Source: an uncultured Acetatifactor sp. (lineage in GTDB: Bacteria; Bacillota; Clostridia; Lachnospirales; Lachnospiraceae). From it: 64,000 bases of DNA. The stretch covers positions 24,706 through 88,705 of the forward strand of contig CANPWA010000009.1 in assembly GCA_947581865.1 (NCBI GenBank). The letters run 5' to 3'. Shown here piece by piece: positions 52,184 to 61,522 of the stretch. The position numbers and the translations under genes are program-made. Under the pieces are notes generated by a model. It did no database searches, had not been told where the DNA came from, and worked only from the letters and a program-made list of their open reading frames with translations. Numbering within the stretch: the stretch's first letter is position 1; each line of letters opens with the position of its first letter.

Positions 52184-53284
52184 ATGTTTGACAGATTAGA
52201 AGATTTACTGATCCGGTTTGAGGAGATCATGGGGGAGCTTCACGAGCCCACCGTCACCGCCAACCAGGAGCGTTTCCGCAGACTCATGAAGGAGCAGAGT
52301 GAACTGACTCCCATCGTGGACGCGTATACCGAGTATAAGAAGTGCAGACAGGATATCGAGGATTCTCTGGCGATGCTGGATGAGGAGAACGATGAAGAGA
52401 TGCGCGACATGATCAAGGAGACCTTAAACGACAGCCGCAGGAGGGTGGAGGAACTGGAGCGGGAACTGAAGATTCTGCTGCTCCCGAAGGACCCCAATGA
52501 CGACAAGAATGTGATCGTGGAGATACGCGCCGGAGCCGGCGGAGACGAGGCGGCTTTGTTTGCCGCAGAGATTTACCGTATGTATGTGCATTACGCCGAG
52601 GGACGACACTGGAAGGTGGAGACCATGAACGTGGATGAGATCGGCATCGGCGGCATGAAGGAAGTGCAGTTTATGATCAATGGCCAGGGCGCATACTCCG
52701 TGATGAAGTACGAGAGCGGAGTGCACCGCGTGCAGCGTGTGCCGGAGACGGAGAGCGGAGGGCGCATTCACACCTCTACCATCAGTGTGGCAGTGATGCC
52801 TGAGGTGGACGAGGATATTGACATCAAGATAGAAGACAAGGATATCCGCATTGACGTCATGCGCGCCTCCGGAAACGGCGGTCAGTGCGTCAATACGACG
52901 GATTCCGCTGTGCGCCTGACCCACTATCCCACGGGAATCGTGGTGTACAGTCAGACGGAGAAGTCCCAGATTCAGAATAAAGCGAAGGCTTTTGCCCTGT
53001 TGAAGGCAAAGCTCTATGATATCGAACAGCAGCAGCGCCACGATGCGGAGGCCCAGCTGCGCCGCAGCCAGATCGGTACGGGTGACCGCTCCGAGAAGAT
53101 CCGCACTTACAATTTCCCGCAGGGGCGTGTGACGGATCACCGCATCGGGCTGACTATTTATAAGCTGGATAAAGTGATGGACGGGGATATCCAGGAGATC
53201 CTGGACGCGTGCATCGCGGCGGATCAGGCGGCAAAGCTGGCGAAGATGAATGAGAATGAATTCGCGGGAAGCTCTGCCAGGTAA
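52184..53284 (+). CDS. prfA: peptide chain release factor 1
   Basis: PET tripeptide context ([17 protein letters not shown]) and the GGQ motif ([16 protein letters not shown]). Confidence 0.97.
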   Translation: MFDRLEDLLIRFEEIMGELHEPTVTANQERFRRLMKEQSELTPIVDAYTEYKKCRQDIEDSLAMLDEENDEEMRDMIKETLNDSRRRVEELERELKILLLPKDPNDDKNVIVEIRAGAGGDEAALFAAEIYRMYVHYAEGRHWKVETMNVDEIGIGGMKEVQFMINGQGAYSVMKYESGVHRVQRVPETESGGRIHTSTISVAVMPEVDEDIDIKIEDKDIRIDVMRASGNGGQCVNTTDSAVRLTHYPTGIVVYSQTEKSQIQNKAKAFALLKAKLYDIEQQQRHDAEAQLRRSQIGTGDRSEKIRTYNFPQGRVTDHRIGLTIYKLDKVMDGDIQEILDACIAADQAAKLAKMNENEFAGSSAR

Positions 53285-53330
53285 AGGAGGACGATAAGAA
53301 CATTCTGTGCGGAAAGGATCGGTATGGATA

Positions 53331-53358
53331 CGGGCGGCGGGGAATCCCCGCCGCCCTT
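53331..53358 (+). terminator. possible terminator after prfA
   Basis: GGGCGGCGGGG-AAT-CCCCGCCGCCC, an 11-bp GC stem followed by only TTT. Confidence 0.45.
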
Positions 53359-53487
53359 TGACTATGACCGCAAAAAAATTTCCGCGGCTGAGGATAGGTG
53401 CTCATTTTTCGGAAAAAGAGATATATTATTTTATTAGGAACAGACGCGGGGATACGGATGGTAAGTTTCCGAGGAGGTAGATGCCGG

Positions 53488-55500
53488 ATGAATCTTCCCA
53501 GACATTATTATGGAGAATTGTATTTTAACGGTGGGGATGACGGAGGGCTGCTGTTCGAGGATCAGAATGCGGTCACGGAACTTTTGGATAGGAATGGCGC
53601 AGTGGGAATTGTAGGGTTCTATGACGAGCCGGATTATCCCATCTGTTTTATTTCGGGATTTGCCCTGACAGCGCTCGGTTATGACTTTGATGGGCTGATA
53701 GAGGACTCGGGCGGAAAATTCATCAATGTGCTCTATGAAAAGGATCGGGATGATTTTATCGCAGACTGTCAGGACCGGGAGAGGACCCGTCAGGAGTTCC
53801 GGCTGGTCAGACGCGGGGGATCGCCCGTGTGGGTAACTGCCTGCCACAAAGAATCCGTCTCTTCAGAAGGGCGCAGGATACGGATCATGTCTGTGCGGGT
53901 GGCGGAGGATGCCCGCAGGAGGGAGAGCGGGCTGTTGGAGGCATTGTCCAAGGGATATGACCGCATTATTTATGTGGACGTAAACCGTGGCCGTTACCGG
54001 GTGGTCAGGATGGAACATGGTGATTCTGACGAACAGATCTGCGCTGCGGCGAAGGAACTTGCAGAACTTCTGCGTCAGTATGAGAGAGAATATATCAGCC
54101 CGGAGGATTATTCCTTTGTGGAACTTTTGGGCAGACTGGATCTCTTTGAAGTGGAATCCGGCGGAGGATATTATCAGGCGACCTATCGCGCCAGAGTTGA
54201 CGGAGCCTGCCAGTGGGTACAGTTTCAGGTCTTTTACGGCGGAGACATCGACAGGGACAAGGGGCACATCCTTCTGACCTTCCGGACGGTGGATGAGGAG
54301 AAGCAGAGGGAGCTGGATGCCAGCCGTATCCTGTCAGAATCTCTGGCGAAAGCGGAGGAAGCGGGGCGGGTGAAAAATAAATTCCTTGCCCGCATGTCCC
54401 ACGATCTGCGCACGCCGATCAATGGCATCATAGGATTGCTGGACATCGCCCGGAGAAATCCGGATGACGCCGGAAAGAGAAACGAATGTATGGACAAAAT
54501 CCGGGTTTCCTGTGAGTATCTTCTCAGTCTGGTAAATGATGTGCTGGATATGAATGATCTGGAGAACGGGCATACAAAGCTGGAGGAAACGGTCTTTGAT
54601 TTTTATGAGGTGATCAAGGAGAGTGAGCGCGCTGCCCTGAAGATGACGGGGGCAAAAGGGCTGGTGTTCAGTTCCAGGATCGAACCGTTTGAACATTCCA
54701 GGGTCCTTGGCAGCCCCAAACATATCCGGCAGATGTTTCACCATATTTTGGACAACGCAGTGAAGTATAATAAGCCGGGCGGCTCGGTGTGTGTCTCGGG
54801 CAGGGAGGTATCCTGCAGCGGCAGGATCGCGGTATATGAGTTTATCTTTGAGGACACGGGAATAGGAATGAGCCGGGAATTTCTCAGGTACATTTTTGAG
54901 CCTTTTGAACAGGAGCATAATGAGGCGCGCTCCGAATATATGGGTACCGGGCTGGGAATGTCCATTGTAAAGCGCCTGGTGGATCATATGAACGGAGATA
55001 TTTTGGTGGAGAGCGAGGCAGGGGAACGCACCAAAGTGACCGTTACGCTTCCCTTCCGGATCTGCCGGGAGGAAGAGCTGGAAGAAAAAACAGGGGACTG
55101 TGATCTGACGGGGGTCCGTGTTCTGCTGGCGGAGGACAATGAACTGAATATGGATATCGCCAGATATCTGCTGGAGGATGCGGGGCTGGAAGTGTCCTGC
55201 GCAAAGAACGGCAGGGCGGCGCTGGAGATGTTTGCAAATTCCGAGGAGAATGAGTTTGACATTATCCTTATGGACATCATGATGCCGGTGATGGACGGGC
55301 TCGAGGCGACCAGGGCGATCAGGAATCTGAAGCGGGCCGATGCGCGGCACATTCCCATTTTTGCCCTCAGCGCCAACGTGATGGAGGAAGATGTCAAGAA
55401 GACCAAAATGGCAGGAATGAATGAGCATTTATCCAAACCGATCGACAGCAGCCTGATGTTGAAAGAAATCAGGAAATATGTGCAGAAGAAGCCTGAATAA
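53488..55500 (+). CDS. cytoplasmic hybrid sensor histidine kinase / response regulator (PAS-HisKA-HATPase-REC)
   Basis: No TM segments. Has a PAS-like N-terminal region, the H-box FLARMSHDLRTPING, the N-box NAVKYN, the G-boxes DTGIGM / GTGLGMSIV, and a receiver domain (LLAEDNELN...ILMDIMMPVMDG...LSKP). Start taken at ATG 53488 after GGAGG. Confidence 0.85.
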   Translation: MNLPRHYYGELYFNGGDDGGLLFEDQNAVTELLDRNGAVGIVGFYDEPDYPICFISGFALTALGYDFDGLIEDSGGKFINVLYEKDRDDFIADCQDRERTRQEFRLVRRGGSPVWVTACHKESVSSEGRRIRIMSVRVAEDARRRESGLLEALSKGYDRIIYVDVNRGRYRVVRMEHGDSDEQICAAAKELAELLRQYEREYISPEDYSFVELLGRLDLFEVESGGGYYQATYRARVDGACQWVQFQVFYGGDIDRDKGHILLTFRTVDEEKQRELDASRILSESLAKAEEAGRVKNKFLARMSHDLRTPINGIIGLLDIARRNPDDAGKRNECMDKIRVSCEYLLSLVNDVLDMNDLENGHTKLEETVFDFYEVIKESERAALKMTGAKGLVFSSRIEPFEHSRVLGSPKHIRQMFHHILDNAVKYNKPGGSVCVSGREVSCSGRIAVYEFIFEDTGIGMSREFLRYIFEPFEQEHNEARSEYMGTGLGMSIVKRLVDHMNGDILVESEAGERTKVTVTLPFRICREEELEEKTGDCDLTGVRVLLAEDNELNMDIARYLLEDAGLEVSCAKNGRAALEMFANSEENEFDIILMDIMMPVMDGLEATRAIRNLKRADARHIPIFALSANVMEEDVKKTKMAGMNEHLSKPIDSSLMLKEIRKYVQKKPE

Positions 55501-55716
55501 TAGGGCAAAGTCATTTTATACAAAAAACTTTCTCTGTTCCATGAGCAATTTTCACAAAAATTTGCCTTTGTCACATTATTTACTGACATTTCGTGTTTAA
55601 ATCTGTTAAAATAAGGTTATAACAAGAGTGTAGGAATGATGTGATGAGAAATCTGTTGTGAGATTGCAAAACGCTCTGCCGGAGCGGATTTGCCATGATG
55701 AGAAAGGAAGATTTTT

Positions 55717-56274
55717 GTGTTTGAAAAGGGCGAGCATGTAGTGAGTGGCAACAAGGGCGTCTGTGTGGTGGAAGATATTACGACCCTGGATATCTCCGGT
55801 GTGGATAAGGAGAGAGAGTACTATATCTTAAAACCCATCTATGTTCCGGGCAGCACGGTATATGTTCCGGTGGATACTGCCGATGGCTCTCTGCGCAGGG
55901 TGTTGAGCCGTGAGGAGGCAGACAGCCTGATCCGTGGGATCCCGGATATCCCCCTGATCACCATCTCCAATGACAAGCTGTTGGAGCAGGAGTACCGGGG
56001 GTGTATGAAGACCAATGATTGTGCGGAGTGGATCAAGATCATCAAAACCATTTATACGCGCAAACAAAAACGTCTGGCGGCAGGGCGCAAGGTCACGGCT
56101 GTGGATGCCAAGTATTTTCGGATGGCGGAGGACAATCTCTGCGGAGAACTGGCAGTTGCCCTGCAGATGCCCCGCGGGGAAGTGGAGAGTTATATCACAG
56201 AAGAAGTGGAAAGCCATATCATGGAGAGAACTGCCGGGAATACTCCCTCAAAGATGAAAGAACTGGAAAATTAA
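55717..56274 (+). CDS. CarD/CdnL-family transcriptional regulator
   Basis: The N-terminal FEKGEHVVSGNKGVCVVEDI...EYYILKP Tudor-like pattern fits CarD_CdnL_TRCF. GTG start at 55717. Confidence 0.75.
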   Translation: MFEKGEHVVSGNKGVCVVEDITTLDISGVDKEREYYILKPIYVPGSTVYVPVDTADGSLRRVLSREEADSLIRGIPDIPLITISNDKLLEQEYRGCMKTNDCAEWIKIIKTIYTRKQKRLAAGRKVTAVDAKYFRMAEDNLCGELAVALQMPRGEVESYITEEVESHIMERTAGNTPSKMKELEN

Positions 56275-56282
56275 GAAAAAAC

Positions 56283-56311
56283 TTTACAAGCAGTGAAGAA
56301 TGGTATATGAT
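56283..56311 (+). promoter_or_regulatory. candidate promoter for the thrS leader
   Basis: TTTACA (56283-56288), a 17-nt spacer, then TATGAT (56306-56311). Confidence 0.45.
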
Positions 56312-56329
56312 TAGGAATCATAGGAAAAG

Positions 56330-56598
56330 AAAGCGTTGACGAGGACAGTAGGCTGGGGAAGAACCGCAGAGAGAACCGCCCCGACGGCAGGAGAATGCCG
56401 AGGGAGCTGTGAGCGGTTTGGTTTGGAACCTTCCGAAGACCACCTCTGAGCGGCTCTAAAAAAGCCCGGCAGCCTCCGTTAAGGGCACAAATGAGAGGCA
56501 GATTGTCTTCCGCGTACTGCGGCAGGCTTTTTGCAACGAGGGTGGAACCGCGTATCTGACGTCCCTTGCAGCCCGTATGGGCTGCAAGGGATTTTTTA
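56330..56598 (+). promoter_or_regulatory. T-box riboswitch leader, threonine specifier (ACC)
   Basis: AGAGA/GA-motif region at ~56368. Specifier-loop context GAAGACCACC, with ACC at 56439-56441 followed by a purine. Conserved T-box sequence AACGAGGGTGGAACCGCG (56535-56552). A terminator hairpin lies immediately downstream, upstream of thrS. Confidence 0.85.
56563..56598 (+). terminator. T-box attenuator terminator
   Basis: CCCTTGCAGCCC-GTAT-GGGCTGCAAGGG, a 12-bp stem followed by ATTTTTTAT. Confidence 0.85.
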
Positions 56599-56689
56599 TC
56601 GAAGGGGAGATCCCTCCTGTTTGGTAAAAAACGCTTTGCAAGGATGTGCCAAGGCACATTCTTTATTCTGAAGGAATGGAGGAGACAAA

Positions 56690-58654
56690 ATGAAGATCAC
56701 ATTAAAAGACGGCTCCGTGAAGGAGTACAGCGAGGCAAAAAGCGTGTATGACATCGCGCTGGATATCAGCGAGGGGCTGGCCAGGGCAGCCTGCTGCGGC
56801 AAGGTCAATGGGAAAACAGTGGATCTGCGCACGGTTCTGGACGGGGACTGTGAACTGACCATCTGCACCGCCAATGACAAGGAGGGGCTTGCCACGATCC
56901 GCCATACCGCGTCCCATGTCATGGCGGAAGCGGTGAAGAAACTGTTTCCGGATGCCAAGGTGACCATCGGTCCCAGCATTGAGAACGGATTTTATTATGA
57001 TTTTGACCATGCGCCCTTCTCCAGGGAGGATCTGGACGCCATCGAGGCGGAGATGAAAAAGATCATCAAGGCGGGCGCAAAACTGGAGCGTTTCACCCTT
57101 CCCAGAGAGGAGGCGATCCGCTTCATGGAGGAGCGCAATGAGCCCTACAAGGTGGAGCTGATCCGGGATCTGCCCGAGGACGCGGAGATCTCCTTCTACG
57201 ACCAGGGCGGTTTTGTGGATCTGTGCGCAGGACCCCATCTGATGAGCGTCAAGGGCATCAAGGCGTTCAAACTGACCTCCTCCTCCGGCGCGTACTGGAG
57301 GGGCAATTCCGACAACGCTATGCTGCAGAGGATCTACGGCACCGCATTCAACAAAAAAGAGGAACTGGAGGAGTATCTGACCTTCCTGGAAAATATCAAG
57401 AACCGCGACCACAACAAGCTGGGCAGGGAGATGGAGCTGTTTACCACCGTGGATGTCATCGGTCAGGGGCTGCCCCTTCTGATGCCCAAGGGCGCGAAGA
57501 TCATCCAGACCATGCAGAGATGGATCGAGGATCTGGAGGACAATGAGTGGGGCTATATGCGCACCAAGACTCCTCTCATGGCCAAGAGCGATCTCTACAA
57601 GCTCTCCGGGCACTGGGATCACTATCTGGACGGCATGTTTGTGCTGGGCGATCCCCAAAAGGACAAGGAAGTGATGGCGCTGCGTCCCATGACCTGCCCC
57701 TTCCAGTATTTTGTATACAAGGCGACCCAGCATTCCTACCGGGATCTGCCCTGCCGATACAGTGAGACATCCACACTTTTCAGAAACGAGGACTCCGGCG
57801 AGATGCACGGGCTGACCCGTGTGCGCCAGTTTACCATCTCCGAGGGGCATCTGATCGTCCGCCCGGACCAGATGGTGGAGGAATTTAAAAACTGTCTGGC
57901 GCTGGCAAAGTATTGCCTGCAGACCCTGGGAGTCGAGGAGGACGTGACCTATCATCTCTCCAAATGGGATCCCGAGAACAGAGAGAAATATATCGGGGAA
58001 CCGGAAGTCTGGGAGGAGACCGAGGGGAATATCCGAAGGATCCTTCAGGAGCTGGACATCGAGTTTACCGAGGATGTGGGCGAGGCGGCGTTCTATGGCC
58101 CGAAGGTGGACATCAATACCAGAAATGTGTACGGCAAGGAAGATACCATGATCACGATCCAGTGGGATGCCCTTTTGGCCGCACAGTATGACATGTACTA
58201 TATCGATCAGAACGGCGACAAAGTCCGCCCCTATATCATCCACAGGACTTCCATGGGCTGTTATGAGAGAACACTGGCATGGCTGATCGAGAAATACGAG
58301 GGCAAATTCCCCACCTGGCTTTGTCCCGAGCAGGTGCGCATCCTTCCCATTTCCGAAAAATATGCGGATTATGCGGCAAAGGTGGAGAAGGAGCTGAAAA
58401 AGAACGGCATCCTGACGACCACGGACACCCGTTCCGAGAAGATCGGCTTCAAGATCCGGGAAGCCCGTCTGGCAAAGGTGCCCTATATGCTGGTGGTGGG
58501 TCAGAAGGAGGAAGAGGAAGGCGTTGTCTCCGTCAGAAGTCGTTTCGCGGGAGACGAGGGAACCAAGTCTCTTCAGGAGTTTATCGATCAGATCTGCGAG
58601 GAAATCCGTACCAAAGCAATCCGCAAGACTGAGGTGACGGAGGAGGGAAAATAA
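56690..58654 (+). CDS. thrS: threonine--tRNA ligase
   Basis: TGS domain start MKITLKDGSVKEY, editing domain HTASHVMA, class-II core (RVRQFTISEGH, GPKVD) and a C-terminal anticodon-binding domain. Confidence 0.97.
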   Translation: MKITLKDGSVKEYSEAKSVYDIALDISEGLARAACCGKVNGKTVDLRTVLDGDCELTICTANDKEGLATIRHTASHVMAEAVKKLFPDAKVTIGPSIENGFYYDFDHAPFSREDLDAIEAEMKKIIKAGAKLERFTLPREEAIRFMEERNEPYKVELIRDLPEDAEISFYDQGGFVDLCAGPHLMSVKGIKAFKLTSSSGAYWRGNSDNAMLQRIYGTAFNKKEELEEYLTFLENIKNRDHNKLGREMELFTTVDVIGQGLPLLMPKGAKIIQTMQRWIEDLEDNEWGYMRTKTPLMAKSDLYKLSGHWDHYLDGMFVLGDPQKDKEVMALRPMTCPFQYFVYKATQHSYRDLPCRYSETSTLFRNEDSGEMHGLTRVRQFTISEGHLIVRPDQMVEEFKNCLALAKYCLQTLGVEEDVTYHLSKWDPENREKYIGEPEVWEETEGNIRRILQELDIEFTEDVGEAAFYGPKVDINTRNVYGKEDTMITIQWDALLAAQYDMYYIDQNGDKVRPYIIHRTSMGCYERTLAWLIEKYEGKFPTWLCPEQVRILPISEKYADYAAKVEKELKKNGILTTTDTRSEKIGFKIREARLAKVPYMLVVGQKEEEEGVVSVRSRFAGDEGTKSLQEFIDQICEEIRTKAIRKTEVTEEGK

Positions 58655-58861
58655 AAAGCCGTTTACTATTTTTTGTAAGAAAATGAAATCGGCAAATAAA
58701 TAGGCAGATAAGTGGTTAAACTAAATTCTGTGCAGCCTGTCAGCGGAAAGAATGCGGTGGGCGGAATATACAAAACCGGGTGCCGAAAGGTGCGCGGGAA
58801 AGGTGTAGGATGCGGCACTGTATGGAAACCGGAAGAGGAAGGGGCACAGAAGGAGGTTATC

Positions 58862-59182
58862 ATGGCAGATTTGACATGTGGTGTGACGAATTGTACCTAC
58901 AATCAGGAATGCCTTTGCAGCAAGGGAGATATCATGGTGGGCGGCAGACATGCCTGCAACTGTGACGAGACATGCTGTGACAGTTTTGCGGAGCGCAGAG
59001 AGGACTATGATGCCTTTACAAGCTCTCTGTCTCATCCCAGCAGGACCATCAGCATCGACTGTGAGGCAGTAAAGTGTATTCACAACAGCAATTATAAGTG
59101 TGTGGCGGAGCATGTGGACATCAAGGGCTGCGGGGCATGCAACTGCAGAGAGACCAGCTGCGCAACATTCTACGAGCGCTAG
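58862..59182 (+). CDS. DUF1540 cysteine-rich small protein
   Basis: Two copies of the C..NC.YN....C.A..I.V pattern (CGVTNCTYNQECLCSKGDIMV and VKCIHNSNYKCVAEHVDIKG). AGGAGG lies 6 nt before ATG 58862; the longer track ORF from 58712 has no RBS. Confidence 0.75.
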   Translation: MADLTCGVTNCTYNQECLCSKGDIMVGGRHACNCDETCCDSFAERREDYDAFTSSLSHPSRTISIDCEAVKCIHNSNYKCVAEHVDIKGCGACNCRETSCATFYER

Positions 59183-59254
59183 TACAGGGAGCGGATGAAA
59201 CAGGGTGTTTTGTCCGCCCTACATAAAAACCGCATAAAAATCTCTTTTTATTTC

Positions 59255-59283
59255 TTGACAACGGTAACATAAAGTGGTATTTT
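59255..59283 (+). promoter_or_regulatory. sigma-A-type promoter of infC-rpmI-rplT operon
   Basis: TTGACA (59255-59260), a 17-nt spacer ending in TGG, then TATTTT (59278-59283), which is extended -10 like. Confidence 0.5.
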
Positions 59284-59289
59284 ATAGAA

Positions 59290-59440
59290 GTGTACAGCGG
59301 CGGTCTGGCTTTGGCAGGCTGCCGGCTGTACCAAAAACAAGCAGAGTATCCACTCTCACCTTACGGCGATCGGGCTGGTAAGCGTTCAGATATTTCATCC
59401 TCCTGTTTTGCTGAAGAAGCGGAATGGAATGGGATTTTGA
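59290..59440 (+). promoter_or_regulatory. candidate ribosomal protein L20 leader (autoregulatory 5' UTR)
   Basis: A ~200-nt untranslated leader between the promoter and infC, with the long hairpin GTACAGCGGCGG...CTGCCGGCTGTAC. In Firmicutes this position is occupied by the L20-responsive leader. The call rests on position and structure only. Confidence 0.35.
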
Positions 59441-59503
59441 GTGGATAGTCATGCTATCCGCTTTTTTAATTTCTTATGGAGGTATACGACCATTAGCGAT
59501 TTA

Positions 59504-59998
59504 ATGATTAACGAGCAGATTCGTGACAAAGAGGTGCGTGTGATCGGGGAGAACGGCGGGCAGTTAGGGATCATGCCCACAAGGGAGGCAATGAAGCTTG
59601 CAGAAGAGGCGGGGCTGGATCTGGTGAAGATCGCACCCACAGCACAACCCCCTGTGTGCAGGATCGTGGACTACGGCAAGTACAAGTATGAACAGCTCCG
59701 CAAGGAGAAGGAAGCCAGGAAGAAGCAGAAAGTTATTGAGATCAAGGAGATCCGGCTCTCCCCCAATATTGATACCAATGACTTGAACACTAAGACCAAT
59801 TCGGCGAGAAAGTTTCTCACCAAGGGCGACAGAGTGAAGATCACGCTGCGTTTCAGAGGTCGTGAGATGGCGCATATGAATAACAGCAGACACATTCTTG
59901 ATGACTTCGCAGAAGCTTTGGCGGATGTGGCTGTTGTGGAGAAAGCACCCAAGGTGGAAGGCAGAAGCATGACCATGTTTCTTGCCCAGAAAAAGTAA
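59504..59998 (+). CDS. infC: translation initiation factor IF-3
   Basis: INEQIRDKEVRVIGENGGQLGIM, VCRIVDYGKYKYE and the C-terminal domain KEIRLSPNIDTNDL. ATG 59504 was chosen; an atypical upstream start, as is common for infC, cannot be excluded. Confidence 0.9.
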   Translation: MINEQIRDKEVRVIGENGGQLGIMPTREAMKLAEEAGLDLVKIAPTAQPPVCRIVDYGKYKYEQLRKEKEARKKQKVIEIKEIRLSPNIDTNDLNTKTNSARKFLTKGDRVKITLRFRGREMAHMNNSRHILDDFAEALADVAVVEKAPKVEGRSMTMFLAQKK

Positions 59999-60112
59999 GG
60001 ATGCCATGAAAAGGGATGCAGGCGCCGGGGTTGGACAACAATCCTGTGTGCATCAAATAAAAGCGGTTTGACCTTTGATCGCAACCAATGAATATTTTAG
60101 GAGGAAACAGTT

Positions 60113-60310
60113 ATGCCCAAAATGAAAACAAGCAGGTCCGCTGCTAAGCGTTTTAAAGTAACCGGTACCGGTAAATTAAAGAGAGCGAAGGCGTATAAGA
60201 GCCATATTCTGACTAAGAAGAGCACCAAGAGAAAGCGCAATCTGAGAAAGCCCGCTATCACGGATACTACCAATGTAAAGAATATGAAGAAGATTTTACC
60301 CTATTTATAA
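60113..60310 (+). CDS. rpmI: 50S ribosomal protein L35
   Basis: Starts [24 protein letters not shown]. Confidence 0.95.
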   Translation: MPKMKTSRSAAKRFKVTGTGKLKRAKAYKSHILTKKSTKRKRNLRKPAITDTTNVKNMKKILPYL

Positions 60311-60334
60311 GTCGGGCAAGGAGGAGAATGAGAC

Positions 60335-60691
60335 ATGGCAAGAATTAAAGGTGGCTTGAATGCCAAGAAGAAACATAATCGCGTGCTGAAGCTTGCAAAA
60401 GGCTACAGAGGCGCAAGAAGCAAACAGTACAGAGTGGCCAAGCAGTCCGTTATGAGGGCTCTGGCAAGTTCCTATGTGGGAAGAAAAGAGAGAAAACGTC
60501 AGTTCAGACAGCTTTGGATCGCCCGCATCAACGCGGCGGCAAGACTCAACGGTCTCTCCTACAGCAAGTTCATGTACGGGCTGAAGCAGGCAGGCATCGA
60601 GATGAACAGAAAGATGCTCGCTGAAATGGCAGTAAATGATGCGGACGGGTTTAAGACCCTGGCAGAGCTTGCGAAGAGCAAACTGGCATAA
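60335..60691 (+). CDS. rplT: 50S ribosomal protein L20
   Basis: [29 protein letters not shown]...[11 protein letters not shown]. Confidence 0.95.
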   Translation: MARIKGGLNAKKKHNRVLKLAKGYRGARSKQYRVAKQSVMRALASSYVGRKERKRQFRQLWIARINAAARLNGLSYSKFMYGLKQAGIEMNRKMLAEMAVNDADGFKTLAELAKSKLA

Positions 60692-60697
60692 TGATTA

Positions 60698-60737
60698 CCC
60701 CCGGGGCAGACGGGATCTGCCCCGGGGGTTTTGTGTT
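60698..60737 (+). terminator. intrinsic terminator after rplT
   Basis: CCCCCGGGGCAGA-CGGGA-TCTGCCCCGGGGG, a 13-bp stem followed by TTTTGTGTT. Confidence 0.85.
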
Positions 60738-60765
60738 ATGGGGAGACAATGAACAAACCAGTGTG

Positions 60766-61309
60766 TCATTTCACTTCGATCTGCTGTGCCGCCAGCTGCT
60801 CCGCCCCGTACTGTTTCCGCAGAGCGGGCTTTTCGATCTTACCGGTGGCATTGCGGGGAACTTCCGCGAAAATGATCTTCTTCGGGCGTTTGTAACGGGG
60901 AAGCTCTCTGCAAAACTCCTCAATCAGTAGAAGCCGTCCTCATCCTGCATGGCCATGTCTCCGGTGTAAAGCCAGCCGTCCTTTAAGGTGGCAGCGGTGG
61001 CTTCGGGATCATTGTAATAACAGGTCATGATGCCGGGACCGGTGGACTCGGACAGCCCATAGTTGGTGTCGTAGAGGTGGTGGGGGAAGTATTCCTTCCA
61101 GTGCCTGATGAGAGAAGGGGGACGGGCTGCGCACCGATGTGCATCAGCCGCCACTGTGACAGTTCGTAATCTTCAAGCTTCAGATCCCCTCTGTCCAGCG
61201 CGTCCAGAATATCCTGTGCCCAGGGGACCAGAAGCCACACGATGGTGCAGTGTTCCCTGGATATCGCATCCAGAATGATCTCCGGGGTTGTGCCCTTTAA
61301 CAAAAACAT
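60766..61309 (-). pseudogene. decayed C-terminal remnant of an AMP-dependent acyl-CoA synthetase/ligase
   Basis: Three minus-strand fragments lie in three different frames. The first reads ...TTPEIILDAISREHCTIVWLLVPWAQ...[12 protein letters not shown]. The second reads [12 protein letters not shown]...[10 protein letters not shown]...[31 protein letters not shown]. The third reads [33 protein letters not shown]...*. These are conserved AMP-binding-family blocks, but the N-terminal ~300 aa and internal segments are missing. Confidence 0.7.
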
Positions 61310-61374
61310 TTTGGTATCTTTTTTGCCTCAAATCGGAATTACCGAAAAATTCCTTAAAAAATTTAAAATTGTGC

Positions 61375-61403
61375 TGGAAATCTACCGCAAGCTGTAGTAT
61401 AAT
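61375..61403 (+). promoter_or_regulatory. candidate promoter of tRNA-Gly
   Basis: TGGAAA (61375-61380), a 17-nt spacer, then TATAAT (61398-61403), 10 nt before the tRNA 5' end. Confidence 0.4.
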
Positions 61404-61412
61404 CATATACAT

Positions 61413-61483
<71 letters not shown>

Positions 61484-61495
61484 TGCCCTTTTTCT

Positions 61496-61522
61496 AAGCC
61501 GGGTCAATCGACACGGCTTTTT
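61496..61522 (+). terminator. hairpin terminator after tRNA-Gly (overlaps integrase stop)
   Basis: AAGCCG / CGGCTT stem with a 12-nt loop, followed by TTTTT. Confidence 0.45.

Noticed and set aside
56702-58243. 513-aa minus-strand ORF antisense to thrS. Similar antisense ORFs occur at 18802..20097, 22594..24087, 29670..30950, 37862..39073, 44121..45239, 48358..49410 and 54334..55428.
   Set aside because: All lie inside genes with unambiguous family motifs on the + strand. Their translations are Arg/Leu/His/Gly-rich with no domain signatures.
58655-58861. Purine-rich ~200-nt leader upstream of the DUF1540 gene containing GGGAAAGGTG...GCGGCACTGTA, which briefly looked like the cobalamin-riboswitch core and B12 box
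   Set aside because: The characteristic GGTGAAAATCC and GCCACTG...GGGAAGGC elements and the overall length and spacing are not present. The downstream gene has no B12 link. A covariance-model scan (Rfam RF00174 and all riboswitch models) would settle it; I do not call a riboswitch.
60691-60930. 79-aa + strand ORF right after rplT
   Set aside because: It starts inside the rplT terminator hairpin and is the antisense of the readable C-terminal block of the acyl-CoA synthetase remnant. It has no RBS.
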